From the NCBI RefSeq assembly GCF_009914755.1, contig NC_060929.1: 64,000 nt of DNA; one strand, written 5' to 3'. Under the pieces are notes generated by a model, which searched no databases, was not told the DNA's origin, and saw nothing but the letters and a program-made list of their open reading frames with translations. How positions within the stretch are numbered: position 1 is the stretch's first letter; every line of letters begins with the position of its first letter. Source of the DNA: the human T2T-CHM13v2.0 reference genome, Homo sapiens. The position numbers were made by a program, and so were the translations under genes. This document shows, piece after piece, positions 12,339 through 26,970 of the stretch.

Positions 12339-14818
12339 GAATCCCTATTTTATAGATGAGGAAATAAGGTCTCACAGCTAGTACGATCTGGGTTTTATAT
12401 GAGTTTGACTTTAAAGAACGTTCTCTTAACCAGAGTCTGGCACAGGGGGCCTCAGAGAACAGGCTTTGGAATCAGAATAGCCTTGGCTTAAATTAGTGGC
12501 TCTTAATCTTTGAGAATCACTGACCCCTTGGAGAATCCTTTGAAAGTTTTAAGCTCCTTACCCTGGGAAATGGATACAAGTACAAACATAAAACATTTTG
12601 CAGATGATTTCAGGAGCGCATGGACATTTTTGTACCTTCCTGAGTGTCTTGGGTTTGTGTCTTTGAATAGTCATTTCATCCCTCTGAGCCTCAGTTAATG
12701 CTATAAAGTGAGGATAATGAGATTGACCTTACATGGTTGCCTGGAAGATCCAATGAGATCAGTACGAACATTAGGGGTTCAAATATTGTCAGGCCCCAAT
12801 TCCCCTTCCCTACCTGAGCCTGGGTCCCAGGCTGGCCTCTCCCTTTTCCCAGCTTGTATGACTCTCAGACCCTTATTTTCCATCAGCCTTAGTGCCCCCT
12901 GCCCAGGAAAATAGGATTATTGCTCATTTAATGGAATAACTCAAATGAGATAGGGGAAGCCCTCAGGAAACATGAAAGCCCTAGAAACGTTTCCCAAGAC
13001 ATTCGCTCTGCCTGCTGCAAATTGTTTTACTTTTTCAATTTCAGCTACAAAAAGTGTTCTGCAGGTCCACGCCTAAGGAGCTCAAGGATAATGTGGGTCA
13101 AATCCCATTTCACTAAATCCTATTATAGTGCCCCTTTTCCATGGAAGGCTGCTCTCCTGGATCGCAGCCTCCCAGGGAGGACCGACTGACTTGCCTTTGT
13201 CCCCAGCCACCCTAGCACAGAGCCTGGCACCATGGGAGCTTTGCTGCCAAAACTGTCACCTGCAGCCAAAAACTTTGTGTAGTCCCCACGATTTCTGTTT
13301 CAATTAAATGCCAACATTTAACAATCAGGAGAGTTCATAAACAAATTGAGGCTTTTGGCTCCTCTTGGAAAATCAGATCTATATCCCGAGCTCAAGTTCT
13401 CACGTGTTGGAAGAGCTGGAACTGCAGCTGCCCCCATCCTTTTCAATGGCAACTAGCATGTGGCCTCTAGCCCCCACAGTCCCCACAGTAGTATTTATGT
13501 CCATCTCCAGGCTGGAATCAATAGGCATGGGAGTCAGCTTCTGTATTTTATATCCTTAGAATGCTACATGAAACCCGTTCGCAAGCAGCAGCATCTTCTT
13601 TAGCCCGTAAGAAACCTCTGTGAGTTACGTACTATCAACTCACATCATAGTTGAAAAAACTAAGGCTCCAAGAGGCAAAGAAACTCATCCAAGAGCACAA
13701 AGTTAGTAAGACACAAATTCATGGCTCAATCATAAATTCCTGTTACCTGGAGAGAGATTAACACCTCTAATAAGTGGCTTCCATTTATTTAAAGTGATAT
13801 TCACTGCAACTACACTCTGGTGCAAAGACTTTGAGGCAAGCAGATCTTGTTCCAAATCTGGATTCTGCCATGTACTGACATTGAGACTTGACCTTATCCA
13901 TTTCTGCATCTCTAAAATGGAGCCTCAAATTCCTTCCTCACAGGGCTACTTACTAATCCTTTGTAGATCTTAGTAAGTGAATCTGGAAACTGCTACCCTG
14001 ACCCAAGAATGAGGGCCACCCCATGGAGTTCATCAAAATGAGAGTCAACATGTGGGTTTTGTTTGGTTTGGGACAAAACCAAAGGACAGTGATCTCTAAA
14101 CAGGAACTATGAAAAGATATATAACCAAAGGCAGCTTTCTTTAAAATATTTGAACCATGTAGTCATAGCTGAACAGATGCCTAGAGGAGGTATTCAGAGG
14201 GTTCCAGTGAGAAGAGGAGATGAGAGCAACAAAACTAATGAAACTAGATGGATAATAACTGTTTTAGCAGACCAGAGGAAGCAGAAACCTAGGCTACTGG
14301 TGGGGAAGCTCAGAAGCTGGCCGATTAGCACTGCAAGTCTCCAGAAGGCCTCAGGAATTGAAGGCACCAAATACCTCTGAAAGAGGCATGAAGATGGGAC
14401 TTAAAGCAGGTAGTCTGGTTGAAAGTCTGTTTAAGAAGCAGTTGGAACCAAATGATCAAACAGCATCGCCAATAGCAATCCCTCCTGACATATGCCTCCG
14501 GGTGAAGTACATAGCTTTGGCTATGATATCTTCCTGGCAGGATGTTTAACCTGAATTTAAAAGGCCTGTAGACTAAACTTTCAATCCATAGGAAATACAG
14601 GGGATAGAGGAACAAGTCAAGTGAGGAAATAATCAGCAAGCCTAGACTGTGGGACGTTCTAGAAGACTGGCCTTTTCAAAAAGCCAATGTCATAGATTAG
14701 AAAGACCAAAGAGATACAACAGCCAAATGCAATGGATCCTGGTTTTTGGTTTTTCTGTGTTTTTTTTTTTTTTTTAGGCCATTTGGAGAAATTTGAAGAT
14801 GAATCAGATATTAAATGG

Positions 14819-15017
14819 TGAGGTAGCCAGCCTCCAAGATGGGCCATAGTGATCCCCACCCCCACACTCATACATAGTCCTTCCTGCATTACACTAGGAT
14901 TGGTCTATGTGTCTAATACCATACTGCAGAAGTGATGGTAAGTCACTGCTGTGAATAGTTATAAAAGACTACAGCTTCCGTCTTGGGTACTTGCTCTCTC
15001 TCTCTCTCTCTCGCTCT

Positions 15018-15057
<40 letters not shown>

Positions 15058-15351
15058 GATCCTTTGCTTTGGGTGAAGGCATCTGCCACGTTGTGACAAT
15101 GCTCAGGTAGACTAGATCGGGCAATGGAGAAAGAACCTCAGGCTTCCAGACATCAGCCACTGAACAAGCCTGGAGATGTCTGCTTCAGCTGGAAGCTTTA
15201 TTGCAACCTCATGAGAGACTCTGAGCCAGAACCATCCAGCTAAGCTGCTTTCAGATTTCTAACCGTCGAGCACTGTGAGATAAAAAATATTTGTGGTGTT
15301 AAATGCTATGTTTTGGAGTATTTTGTTACCCAGCAGCAGATAACTAATACA
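14819..15351 (+). mobile_element. MLT1F/G-like MaLR LTR containing a (TC)n(CA)n microsatellite
   Basis: Starts tgaggtagccagcctccaagatgg and ends gcagcagataactaataca. Confidence 0.7.
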
Positions 15352-15738
15352 GATGATAAAGGGAATGATTTCATATTCTTAGGTGTGATACTGGTGGTGT
15401 GATTATGCAGGAGACTGTCCTTATTTTTAGGAGTTTCAGGCCAATGTGTTTAGTGATTTAGTGGTGAAATGTCCTGATACCTCTACAATTTAGTTTCAAA
15501 TGGTCCAGCAAATATATAAACATGGCAGGCGTGCGTGCACACACACACACACACACTCACACACACAGTTCCTGAATCCAAGTGCTAAGTATACAAATAA
15601 TCATTGTATCATTCTTTTAACGACTCTGTATCTTTGAAAATTCTCACAATAAAAACTTAAAGAATTTCTGCTTCTAGCCAAGATGAAGTAACAGAATCTT
15701 GATTTATCCTACCATTGAAAACAACCAAGAAACCATTA

Positions 15739-16210
<472 letters not shown>

Positions 16211-16291
16211 TTAACAGAGTTTCCCAACCATAACCCAGGGCAGGCGAACTGAGGCAGATCCCAGCAGACTCCCTACATTGAGGAGATAGAG

Positions 16292-16517
16292 CTTCTTCTC
16301 AATGTCTGCCTACAAACTCTTGTTTGTGTTAAAATCTTCCATTCATTGAAAGAAAACACTAACTGATGAATCATTTGGAAAGCAAGCTTCTTTTTACTTT
16401 CTGGGGCTGAATATCTCCATTGGCCTGTGGATGCATATGAGAGTAAGAAATTTCTTCTACTAGATTCTTCTTGATATCTACCTACGATCTCCTTTTTGTC
16501 TTAAGATTTTCCACTCC
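16292..16517. repeat. Orphan insert with a 172-bp internal period (alpha-satellite-like?)
   Basis: 16293-16344 aligns ungapped to 16465-16516 at 40/52 identity. The insert is absent from the homologous L1 5'UTR at ~32330. Confidence 0.5.
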
Positions 16518-16669
16518 AGGAAGGGAGACAAAAGCAGAGTTTCTAGAGCAGATTGCAGAGAAAAGGTAACTGCCCAGAGAGAGAGCACCAGAAATCTGCA
16601 GTGGGTCTCCCTCATGGAAACGGCAGAGTACTGGTCAACTCATGTATGCAATAAAAATACCTGAGGCTA

Positions 16670-16845
16670 GGCCAGGCATGGTGGGCACACGCCTACAGTC
16701 CCAGCTACTCAGGAGGCTGAGGTGGGAGGATCGCTTGAGCCCAGGAGTTCAAGACTGTAGTGTGTGATGATCATGCCTATGAATAGCCACTGCACTCCAG
16801 CCTGGGCAACACAGTGAGAACTCATCTCTAAAACAAACAAAATAT
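16670..16845 (+). mobile_element. FRAM/FAM-type Alu monomer
   Basis: Single monomer with A-rich tail; TSD acctgaggct. Confidence 0.8.
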
Positions 16846-17273
16846 AAAAGAAACCTGAGGCTGTGGAAAAAAACAAACAAACAAACATCTGAAAGGATTC
16901 AAAGCAATAGTATCTCGCACTCACACAGGGCTAAGAACAGTGCTTACTGACACCAGGCAGACGTTAAAATCGAACAATTCACGGATCATTGGGTGGAGTA
17001 CTCACAAGGGTCTTTCTTTAGTCATGTGGAATAATTAGTCCTAGACTAAGCATTGCTCTAAACCTTCCTAACAAATAATAAAAGCAAGACCCCAGAAAGA
17101 TCAAACTATTTCCAAGTAAATTGGATTCCAGAGCACATATTTATAAAAATACAAACATATTAAACACCTGACAAAGTAAAATTCACATATGGCATTCAAT
17201 CATCAGGGATTATCAAGCATGCATAGAGGTGGCAAAAACACAAACTATAATGAGGACAATAATCAATAAATCA

Positions 17274-17612
<339 letters not shown>

Positions 17613-17861
17613 CATCAAAGGAACATTAAAACAGTTATGAAAATTATACTCTATAAATTCAACATTAGGTAGAGATATGGAAGATATACAAAATACCCAA
17701 ATCAAACTTCTAGAGATAAAATTTATAATGTTTAAGAGGAAAAATATGTCTAAGATTAAAAGCAGATGAGACATCGCAGAAAAAAAGATGAGTGAACTTG
17801 AAGACATAGAAATTACCCATAATTACACAGAAGAAAAAAGAAAAAAATAAAAAGAGCATCA

Positions 17862-20800
17862 ACAACTCTATGTCCAAAATTTAATAACTTAATTGAAATT
17901 GACCAATTACTTGAAGGACACAATCTACCAAAACTCACAAAAAGAGCAATAGACAATCTGATAGGCCTGTATCTTTAACAAAATTTAACCAGAATTAATA
18001 ACCTTCCAAAACAGAAAACATCAGGTCCAGCTGATTTCACTGGTAAACTGTACCACTTAAGGAAGAAATGATACTAATTCTCTATCATCTCTTCCAGAAC
18101 ACTTCTTAACTTATTCTGTGAGTCCAGCATTACCCTAATATCAAAACCAGATAAAGAAATTACAAGAAAGGAAGACTTCAGATCAACATCTTTCAAGAAC
18201 ATAAATACAAAAATCTTCAGCAAAACATTAGCAAATCAAATTCAACAATGTATTTTTAAAAAACTACATGCCATGGCTAAGTGGAATTTATTACAGGTAC
18301 ACAAAGCTGATTCAAGATTCAAATGGCAGCAAAGATGGTGGAATGATCACGATGCTGCAAACTGGCCTCTTGGCCAGGGGGCCAGCTGCTTTCTGGGAGG
18401 CTGAGTGTGTCTGTTGGACTGTGCAAGGAGAAGAAAAAAAGATATCAACCAGAGGAAAGGAATGGAATATTTTTCTTCCCTACCTTACAGCGGGGAGTAA
18501 TAATCTACTCTAAAGCAAAGGTCTTAAGTAGGTGACTATAAACTATTGGAAATTTTATGCACAATTACACATTTTTGTAGAAAGAAGAAGGTCCATAATA
18601 TCAGCAGATTCTCAAACAGGACAGTGTTCCATAAAAGCTTGAGAACCGCTTCTCTGCGACTTCTGACATCTTTTTAAATTAACCCCAGTGCAGCTTCCTT
18701 AACACAGGAAGAACATCTTTTCTCGAACTTTAGGTGCCTTGATATGCATCTCAAAAAAAAAAAAAATTCTGAACTCGGGACGTGGCAAGTATCTCTATGT
18801 TGTCTCCTAAAGCGGGCAGTCCTGCTTCTTTTATCCAGTTACTTTCTCTCTTCTTGAAATGTGGTTGTCTCTTCTCTACACATTACCTCCATGGCTTGGA
18901 ATGGAAAAGGCCACTTTTCTTTTTGTTCCACGTCTCAGATTCAACACAGAGATGCCCCTAGGGTTGCAGTTATCCTGTCAACTTCTCCAGGAAGAAAAAA
19001 GCAACTAGCATAGGTTTTCTGCTGCTATTTCCTTAATTATAAAGACATTATTTTGCAAGCTGAAGACTGATGTTTCATTTGAAACAGGGGCTTAGGTGGT
19101 AGTATTTGTGAATTATTTACTTTTTGTTCCAAACAAGAAGACTAAATAAACAGCAAGCATGGATAACTTCAGGATTTTTTTTTAATGTCTTCTCATGTCA
19201 GCCATTATCACGAGACTACAGCAGTAAATTCCAAATATGTGGTTCTAATTTGAAATGAAAGATACTAAAAAGTTACATATATTTACATATCTAAATCCTG
19301 GCTCATCTTGTAACACGGATTTACTGAATAAGAACAAAGGTCCAATTTTGCAAGTAAACCTTTGATGTGATAAGCCTGAAGATAACGAAGTTAATTTCAT
19401 ATGCAATTAAAATCATCACAGTATCTGTACAGTTTTAAAAAACATTCAAAATCAATAAATATAATCTGTCACATCAAGAAGCTAAAGAAAAAATCATATG
19501 CTCATATGAATAAATGGATAAAAAGCATTTGACAAAATCCAACCTCCATCTTGATAAAAATTCAGCAAACTAGAAATAGAGGAGAAATTCCTCAGTTTAA
19601 TACAGAACATCTATAAAAAACCTACAGCTACTGTCATACTTCATGATGAGAAACTGGATGTCTTCCCCCTAAGATTAGGATGTACTCTCTCATCATTCCT
19701 ATTCAACATTGTACTGAAAGTTCTAGCTGATGACCTAAGACAAGAAAAGGAGATAAATATACACAGACTGGAAAGAAATAAATGAAAACTGTCCTTGTTC
19801 ACAGATGACATGATTTTTATATAGAAAAATCCTAAAGAATTAACAAACCTGAACCAATCATCAATTATAGCAAGCTTGCCAGGATAAAAGGTTTATACAT
19901 AAGTCAATTGTTTTCCTATATACCAGCAATGAACCACTGAAATTTGAAATTTCAAACACAATACCATTTATATTAGCATTAAAAATACTTGGTTATGAGT
20001 CTAATAAAATATGTATAAGATCTACATGACGAAAACTACAAAACTGATTAAAGAAATCAAAAGAAATCTAAATAAATAGATACTTCATGTTTATGAAGAG
20101 GAAGACTCAATATTGCCAAGATGTCAATTGATCTATAGATTCAATGCCATCCCAGTCAAAATTTCAGCAAGTTATTTTGTGGATTTTGACAAACTGGTTC
20201 TAAAATTTATATGGAAAGATGAATGACCCAGAATAGCCAACACAGTACTAAGGAAAAACAGTCAGGGGACCAATAATATCTGATTCAAGACTTACTGTAA
20301 CGCTACAGTAATCAAGACAGTGTAGTATTAGTAAAAGAATAGATGAACAGATCAATGGAACAGAACAGAGACCAGAAATAGACCTATACAAGTAGTCAAC
20401 TGATCTTTGACATAGGAGCAAAGGCAATTCAAGGGTAGCAAAGGCAATGGAGCAAGGGGTAGTGTTTTCAACAAATGGTGCCGAAACAAGTGGACATGCA
20501 ACATCACATGCAGAAACAACAGGGAAGGAAGAAAGAAAGTAAGGAAGGAAGAAAGGAAGGGAGGGAGGGAGGGAGAGATGGAGGGAGGGGAGGTTCTAGA
20601 CACAGACCTTACACCTTTCATAAAAATTTGCTCAAAATGAATCATAGACCTAAATGTAAACTACTAGAAGATGACATAGGAGAAAATCTAAATAACCCTG
20701 GGTTTGGCAATGACTTTTATTATACAACACCAAAACCCTGATCCATGAAAGAAATACTTGAAAAATTGGACTTCATTAAAAATTACAAACTTCTGATCTC

Positions 20801-21944
20801 AGAAAGTCCTTGATAAGAGAATGCAAAGACAAGTCACACAGTAGGAGAAAATATTTGCCAAACACATAAAAGACTGGCATCCAAAATATGTGAAGATCTC
20901 TTAAAACTCAACAATAAGAAACAAACAAGCCAAATTTAAAATGGCAAAAAATCTAAGCAGACATCTCATCAAAGAAGATACATAAATTACAAATAAACAT
21001 AGAAAAGATGCTCAACATCATATGTCTTTAGGAAACTGCAAATCAAACCAACAATGGGATAGCGCTGTATACCATTTAGCAGAATGACTAAAAATCTGAC
21101 AATACCAGAGGCTAACAAGGATCCGAGGCAACAGGAACTCTCAGGAACTCTCATTTATTGCTGGTGGGAATACAAAATGTTGCAGCCACTCTAGAAGACA
21201 ATTTGGTAGTTTCTTACAAAATTAAACATTCTCTTACCATACAATCCAGCAACCATGTTCCTAGGTACTTAAGTAATTGGGTTGAACACATATGTCTACA
21301 TAAAAACCTGTATATGAATGTTTATTATGGCTTTATTCATAATTGCCCCAAACTGGAGGCAACCAGGATGTCCTTCAATAGGTGAATGGTAAAAACAAAC
21401 ATATATACAATAGAATATTATTGATGGATAAAAAGAGATGAGCTATCAAGCCATAATAAGACCTGAAGGAAGTATAAATGAGTATTGCTAAATGAAAGAA
21501 ATCAGTTTGAAAAAGGCTACATACTGTGTGATTCCAACTATAGGACATTCTGGAAAAGGCAAATATAGACAGACAATAAAAGATAGTGGTTTCCAGGGAG
21601 AGGGGAAGCAGGTACATTTAGGGGAAGCAGGTACATTTAGGTGGAGCATAGGGGATTGTTTTCAAGGCAGAGAAATGATTCTGTATGATACTGTAATGGT
21701 GGATATATGATATCATCATTTGTCAACATACCTAGAATGTACAACACAAAGAGTGAACCCTAATGTAAACTATGGACTTGAGTTAGCAATAATGGATCAG
21801 TGTTGGTTCATCAATTGTAACTAACGTATAACACTAAAAAAGCTATAGGAAGGAGAGGGGAGAATGGACATATGGGAATTATCTGCATGATTTTTCTGTA
21901 CATCTAAAACTGCTCTAAAAAATAAAGTCTATTAATTTTAAAAA
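17862..21944 (+). mobile_element. L1MC-like element (ORF2 plus 3'UTR) nested in the older L1
   Basis: Continuous decayed ORF2 sequence and the L1MC-type 3'UTR gagtgaaccctaatgtaaactatggac...aataaagtctatt. The host L1 resumes at ~21945. Confidence 0.75.
18324..19440 (+). pseudogene. Processed retrocopy of a non-coding transcript, likely OIP5-AS1 (Cyrano)-derived
   Basis: 1.1-kb non-L1 insert interrupting collinear L1 ORF2. Flanked by aagattcaaa (18314-18323) and aacattcaaa (19441-19450); ATTAAA at 19406-19411 then a short A run. The CpG-decayed GC-rich 5' end resembles recalled OIP5-AS1 5' sequence. Confidence 0.6.
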
Positions 21945-22883
21945 AGTATCAGTGAGTTGTGGGACAAGGTCAAGCAGCCTATTATGTATATAATTTGAGT
22001 CACCAAATAACAGGAGTGAGGTGGGGACAGAAAAAATATCTGAAGAAACAACGACCAAAAATTTTCTAAACTTGCCATAGATCTAAAAAGCTCAAAGAAT
22101 CCAAGCACACACCCACACCAAAAAAAAAAAAGAAAAAAAAAACTGAAGAAAATTACATGTTATAATCAAATTTGTAAAGACCACTTAGCAAAAGAACATC
22201 TTAAAGGCAGCCAAAGAAAAAAGAAAAGGACATGTCATGTAGAGAGAAATCAAAATAAGGATGGCACAGATTTCTTGTCAGAAATATGGCAATCAAGAAG
22301 ACAGCAGATAAACATCATTAGGCTACTGAAAGAAAAACATTCTCAACGTAATTGACAATAAAATATTTTCACTATACTTAGTTAAAATATTGAAAAATGA
22401 AAGTGAAGTAAAGACTCACAAAAGCTGAGGAAATTAATCACCAGCAGATCCACACTATAAGAAATGTTAAAGTGAGGGCTTCGGGCAGAAAAAAATAATA
22501 CCAGCTGGAAATCTGGTTCCAGACAAAGGAATGACGAATACCAAAAATGGTAACTATGTACGTAAATATATAATTTTTTTTAATTTTTTGAAACTCCTTA
22601 CATAAAATTGACCATACAAAAACACTAACAATGTAGTCTGGATTTTAAAACATAAGCAAAAGTAAGATACATGACAATAAGTATAAAGAATAGGAAGGAG
22701 GCAATAGAAGTACATTATTCTAAGCTTATACTGTACATGAAGTGGTATAATAGTACTTGCTTGAAGATAGATTGCAATAAATAAACATATACCTTATAAA
22801 CCCTAAAACAACTACTAAAATAACAAAACAAACAGTTATAGCTAATAATTTACTAATAGTGCACCATATAAAATGGAATCACA

Positions 22884-23190
22884 GGCCAGGCATGGTGGTT
22901 CACACCTGTAATCCCAGCACATTGGGAGGCCAAGACAGGCAGATTACTTGAGGCCAGGAGTTGGAGACCAGCCTGGCCAAATATAGCGAAACCCCATCTC
23001 TACTAAAAATACAAAAAAATTAGCTGGGCGTGGTGGTGCATACCCATAATCTCAGCTACTCAGGAGGCTCAGGCACGAGAATCACTTGAACCCAGGAGGA
23101 AGAGGTTGTAGTAAGCTGAGATTGCACCACTGCACTCCAGCCTGGGCAACAGAGCAAGGCTCTGTCTCAAAAACAATAATAATAAATAAA
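22884..23190 (+). mobile_element. AluS
   Basis: Full dimer. Confidence 0.9.
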
Positions 23191-23216
23191 ATAGAATCAT
23201 TAAAAAAATTAATCCA

Positions 23217-23380
23217 TGAGGATACTGAATGTTCCCAAAACAAAGAAACAATAAAATGTTTGAGATGATGAATATGCTAATTACCCTGATCTGATCACTA
23301 TACATTATATGTATTGAAACATCACTATGCTTTCCATGAATATATACAATTATTATTTGTCAATTTTAAAAAATAAAATG
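23217..23380 (+). mobile_element. Short L1MA 3'-end insertion
   Basis: L1 terminal 3'UTR flanked by the perfect TSD aaaattaatcca (23205-23216, 23381-23392). Confidence 0.75.
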
Positions 23381-24377
23381 AAAATTAATCCAAAAAAGTC
23401 AGAACAAAAGGAAAAAGGAAACAAAGAATGACGGGAAATAGAACACAAATAAGATGATAGGCTTCAAAGTAACTATATTAATAAACACATTAAATATAAG
23501 TGATCTAAACATTCCCAATTAAAATACAGGAATTACCAGGTTGCATTTTTTTAAAAGGCAGGACCAGACTCTATGCTGTCTACAAGAAACACACTTTAAA
23601 TATGAAGACACCAATAGGTTGAGTAAAAAGATGGAAAATTATATAGCATGTTAACACAGTTCAAAGATAGCTGGAGTGGCCATATTAATATTAGACAAGG
23701 TATACTTCAGAGCAAAAACTATTATAAGATAAAAAGAAGTTTATTTTGTAATAAAGGGGGACAATTAATCAAAAGAACATAACAATTCTATACACCTATG
23801 TACCTAATAACAGAGTTTCAAAATACATGAAGTAAAAAATGATAGCACTGCAGGGAGAAATTTAAAAATCCACGACCATAGTCAGAAATTTTAATATCAT
23901 CAATAATGAATAGAACAACTATATAGAAAGTCAACAAGAATATAGAAGATGAATAACACTATCAATCAACTTGACCTGATTGACATTTACAGAACATTCC
24001 ATCCAACAACAACAGAATACACATTCTTCTCAAGAGTACATAGAACATTTATCAAGATAGACCACATTCTGGGTCATAAAACAAATCTCAATAAATTCAG
24101 AAGGATTCAAGTCATAAAAAGTGTGTTATCTGACAAAAATAGAATTAATTAAAAATCAGCAACAAAAAGATCTCTGGAAAACCCCCAAGTGTTGGGAAAT
24201 TAAATACCATACTTCAAAATAACCCACGGATCAAAGAAAAAAGTCAAAAGACACTTATATTTTGGACTGAATGAAAGTGAAAATACAACATATCAAAATC
24301 TGTGGGAGGCTGCTAACACATCATTTAGTGGGAAATTTATAGCACTAAATGCCTATATTAGAAAATAATAAAGGTCT

Positions 24378-24660
24378 GCTGGGTGCAGTGGCTCTTGCCT
24401 GTAATCCCAACACTTTGGGAGGCCAAAGTGTTGAGTCCAGGAATTAGCAATCAGCCTGGCCAACACAGAGCATAAAGCATACAAAAAATGCTTTAAAAAT
24501 TAGCTGGGCATGGTGACATGCGCCTGTAGTCTCAGCTACTCAGGAGGCTGAGATGGGAGGATCGCTTTAGCCCAGGAGGTTGAGGCTACAGTGAGCTGTA
24601 CTCCAGTTTGGGTAACAGAGCAAGAACCTGTCTCAAAAGAAAAAAGAAGAAAAGAAAATA
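24378..24660 (+). mobile_element. AluJ-like element with deletions
   Basis: Degenerate dimer with the J-type right arm ggaggatcgcttta. Confidence 0.8.
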
Positions 24661-24729
24661 ATCACATCTTAAATCAGTGAGTCCAACTTTCCTTTTACAA
24701 AACTAGAATAAGAAGAGATATTAAATTTA

Positions 24730-25140
<411 letters not shown>

Positions 25141-26346
25141 CTAGTTGTTTAAAAAGATAAATAAAATTGATAAATTTCTAGTCAGATAGATCAGGAAAAA
25201 AGGAAAGAAAATAAAAATTATCAAGATCAAAAATAAGAGAGGTGCCATCAGTACAGATTCTATAGATATTAAAAGGATAAGAGAATACTGTGTACTCTTT
25301 ATGCCAATAAATCTGAAAACTTAAAGAGACAAATTCATGAAAGATACAAACTACAAAAGCTCACTTAAGAAGCAATAGTCAAGGGGAATAGCCCCTTATC
25401 TATTTTAGAAGTTGCAGTTGTAGTTTAAACCTTCCCACAAAGAAAACTTCCAGTCCACATCACTTCATCGTGAATGTTATCAAATATTTAGGGGAAGAAA
25501 AAATGCCAGTTCTACACAAATTCTTCCAAAAAATTGAAGAGGAGCAAATATTCCCCCAATTTGTTCCATGAAGCAAGCATTACCCAGATACCAAAACCAG
25601 AAAAAGACATTGTGAGAAAAGAAAACTACAGACCAATAATGCTCATAAATACAGATAGGGAAAAAAAGTCTAAACAAATTTTAGCAATTTGAATCTGACA
25701 ACATACTAAAAGCATAATAACCAATTGGACTGACTATGTGTCAGAAATTAAAGGTTGGTCATTATTAGAAAAATCAATCAATGTTTAACTTACAATAGTA
25801 ACTACAAAACAGAAACCATATGATCACTTACACAGACATAAAAAGCATTCAAAAAAATTCAATGCCCATTCCTGATTTTTTAGAAAAAATCTCTTAGAAA
25901 ACTAGGAACAGAAAGGAACCTAACCCGATTAAAAAAAAAATCTGCAAACCACTTACAACAAAAAATCAACTTACTGATGAAAGACGGAATGCCTTCCTCC
26001 TGAGATCAGAAATAAGACAAGACAAGCTCTCACCACTCCTATTAAACATTGTTCTGGAGTTCGTAGCCAGTAATAAAAGGAAAAAGATACATAAAAGGCA
26101 TCCTGATTAGAAAGGAAGAAGCAAAACTGTATTTGTCTATGTAGAAAATCCAAAGAAATGCAAAAAAAAAAGCTACTAGTACGAATAAATGACTTTGGGC
26201 AAGATTGCAGGATACAAGATGTGTAGACCAGGGCAGATTATATTTTTGTATGTCAGAAACAATCAGAAATTACAACTTTTTAAAATATCATTTATAAAAC
26301 ATTAAAAATGTGAAACAGACATTTGACAAAAGATGCAGAAGACTAG

Positions 26347-26721
<375 letters not shown>

Positions 26722-26888
26722 AGAATAGTCAATATTTAACATGGCAATTCTCCTGGTTTGATCCCTATATGCAACACAATCTTAATAAAAATATCAGGGA
26801 GCATTTTTTTGTACAAATTAGCAAGCTAATTTTAAAATTCTAGCAAAGGAGCTAGAATTCACACACACACACACACTACTCACATATT

Positions 26889-26970
26889 ATTAGGTGTGTG
26901 CAAAAGTAATTGGGGTTTTTGCCATTACTTTTGAGAGCAAAACTGCAATTACTTTTGTACCAACCTAATA
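26889..26970. mobile_element. MADE1 (Hsmar1-derived MITE)
   Basis: ttaggt..gtgcaaaagtaattg...gcaattacttttgtaccaacctaa palindrome with TA duplication. Confidence 0.85.

Noticed and set aside
18268-18513. 81-aa ORF crossing the L1/retrocopy junction
   Set aside because: A chimeric chance frame starting in decayed L1, with no promoter or coding signature.
23949-24152. Endonuclease-like ORF, and other L1 ORF2-like ORFs at 8637-8876 and 33898-34268
   Set aside because: Short remnants of decayed LINE-1 ORF2 with surrounding stops and frameshifts, not functional genes.
26889-26970. MADE1 hairpin as a miR-548-family gene
   Set aside because: Thousands of MADE1 copies can fold this way. This one has arm mismatches and no expression evidence is visible.
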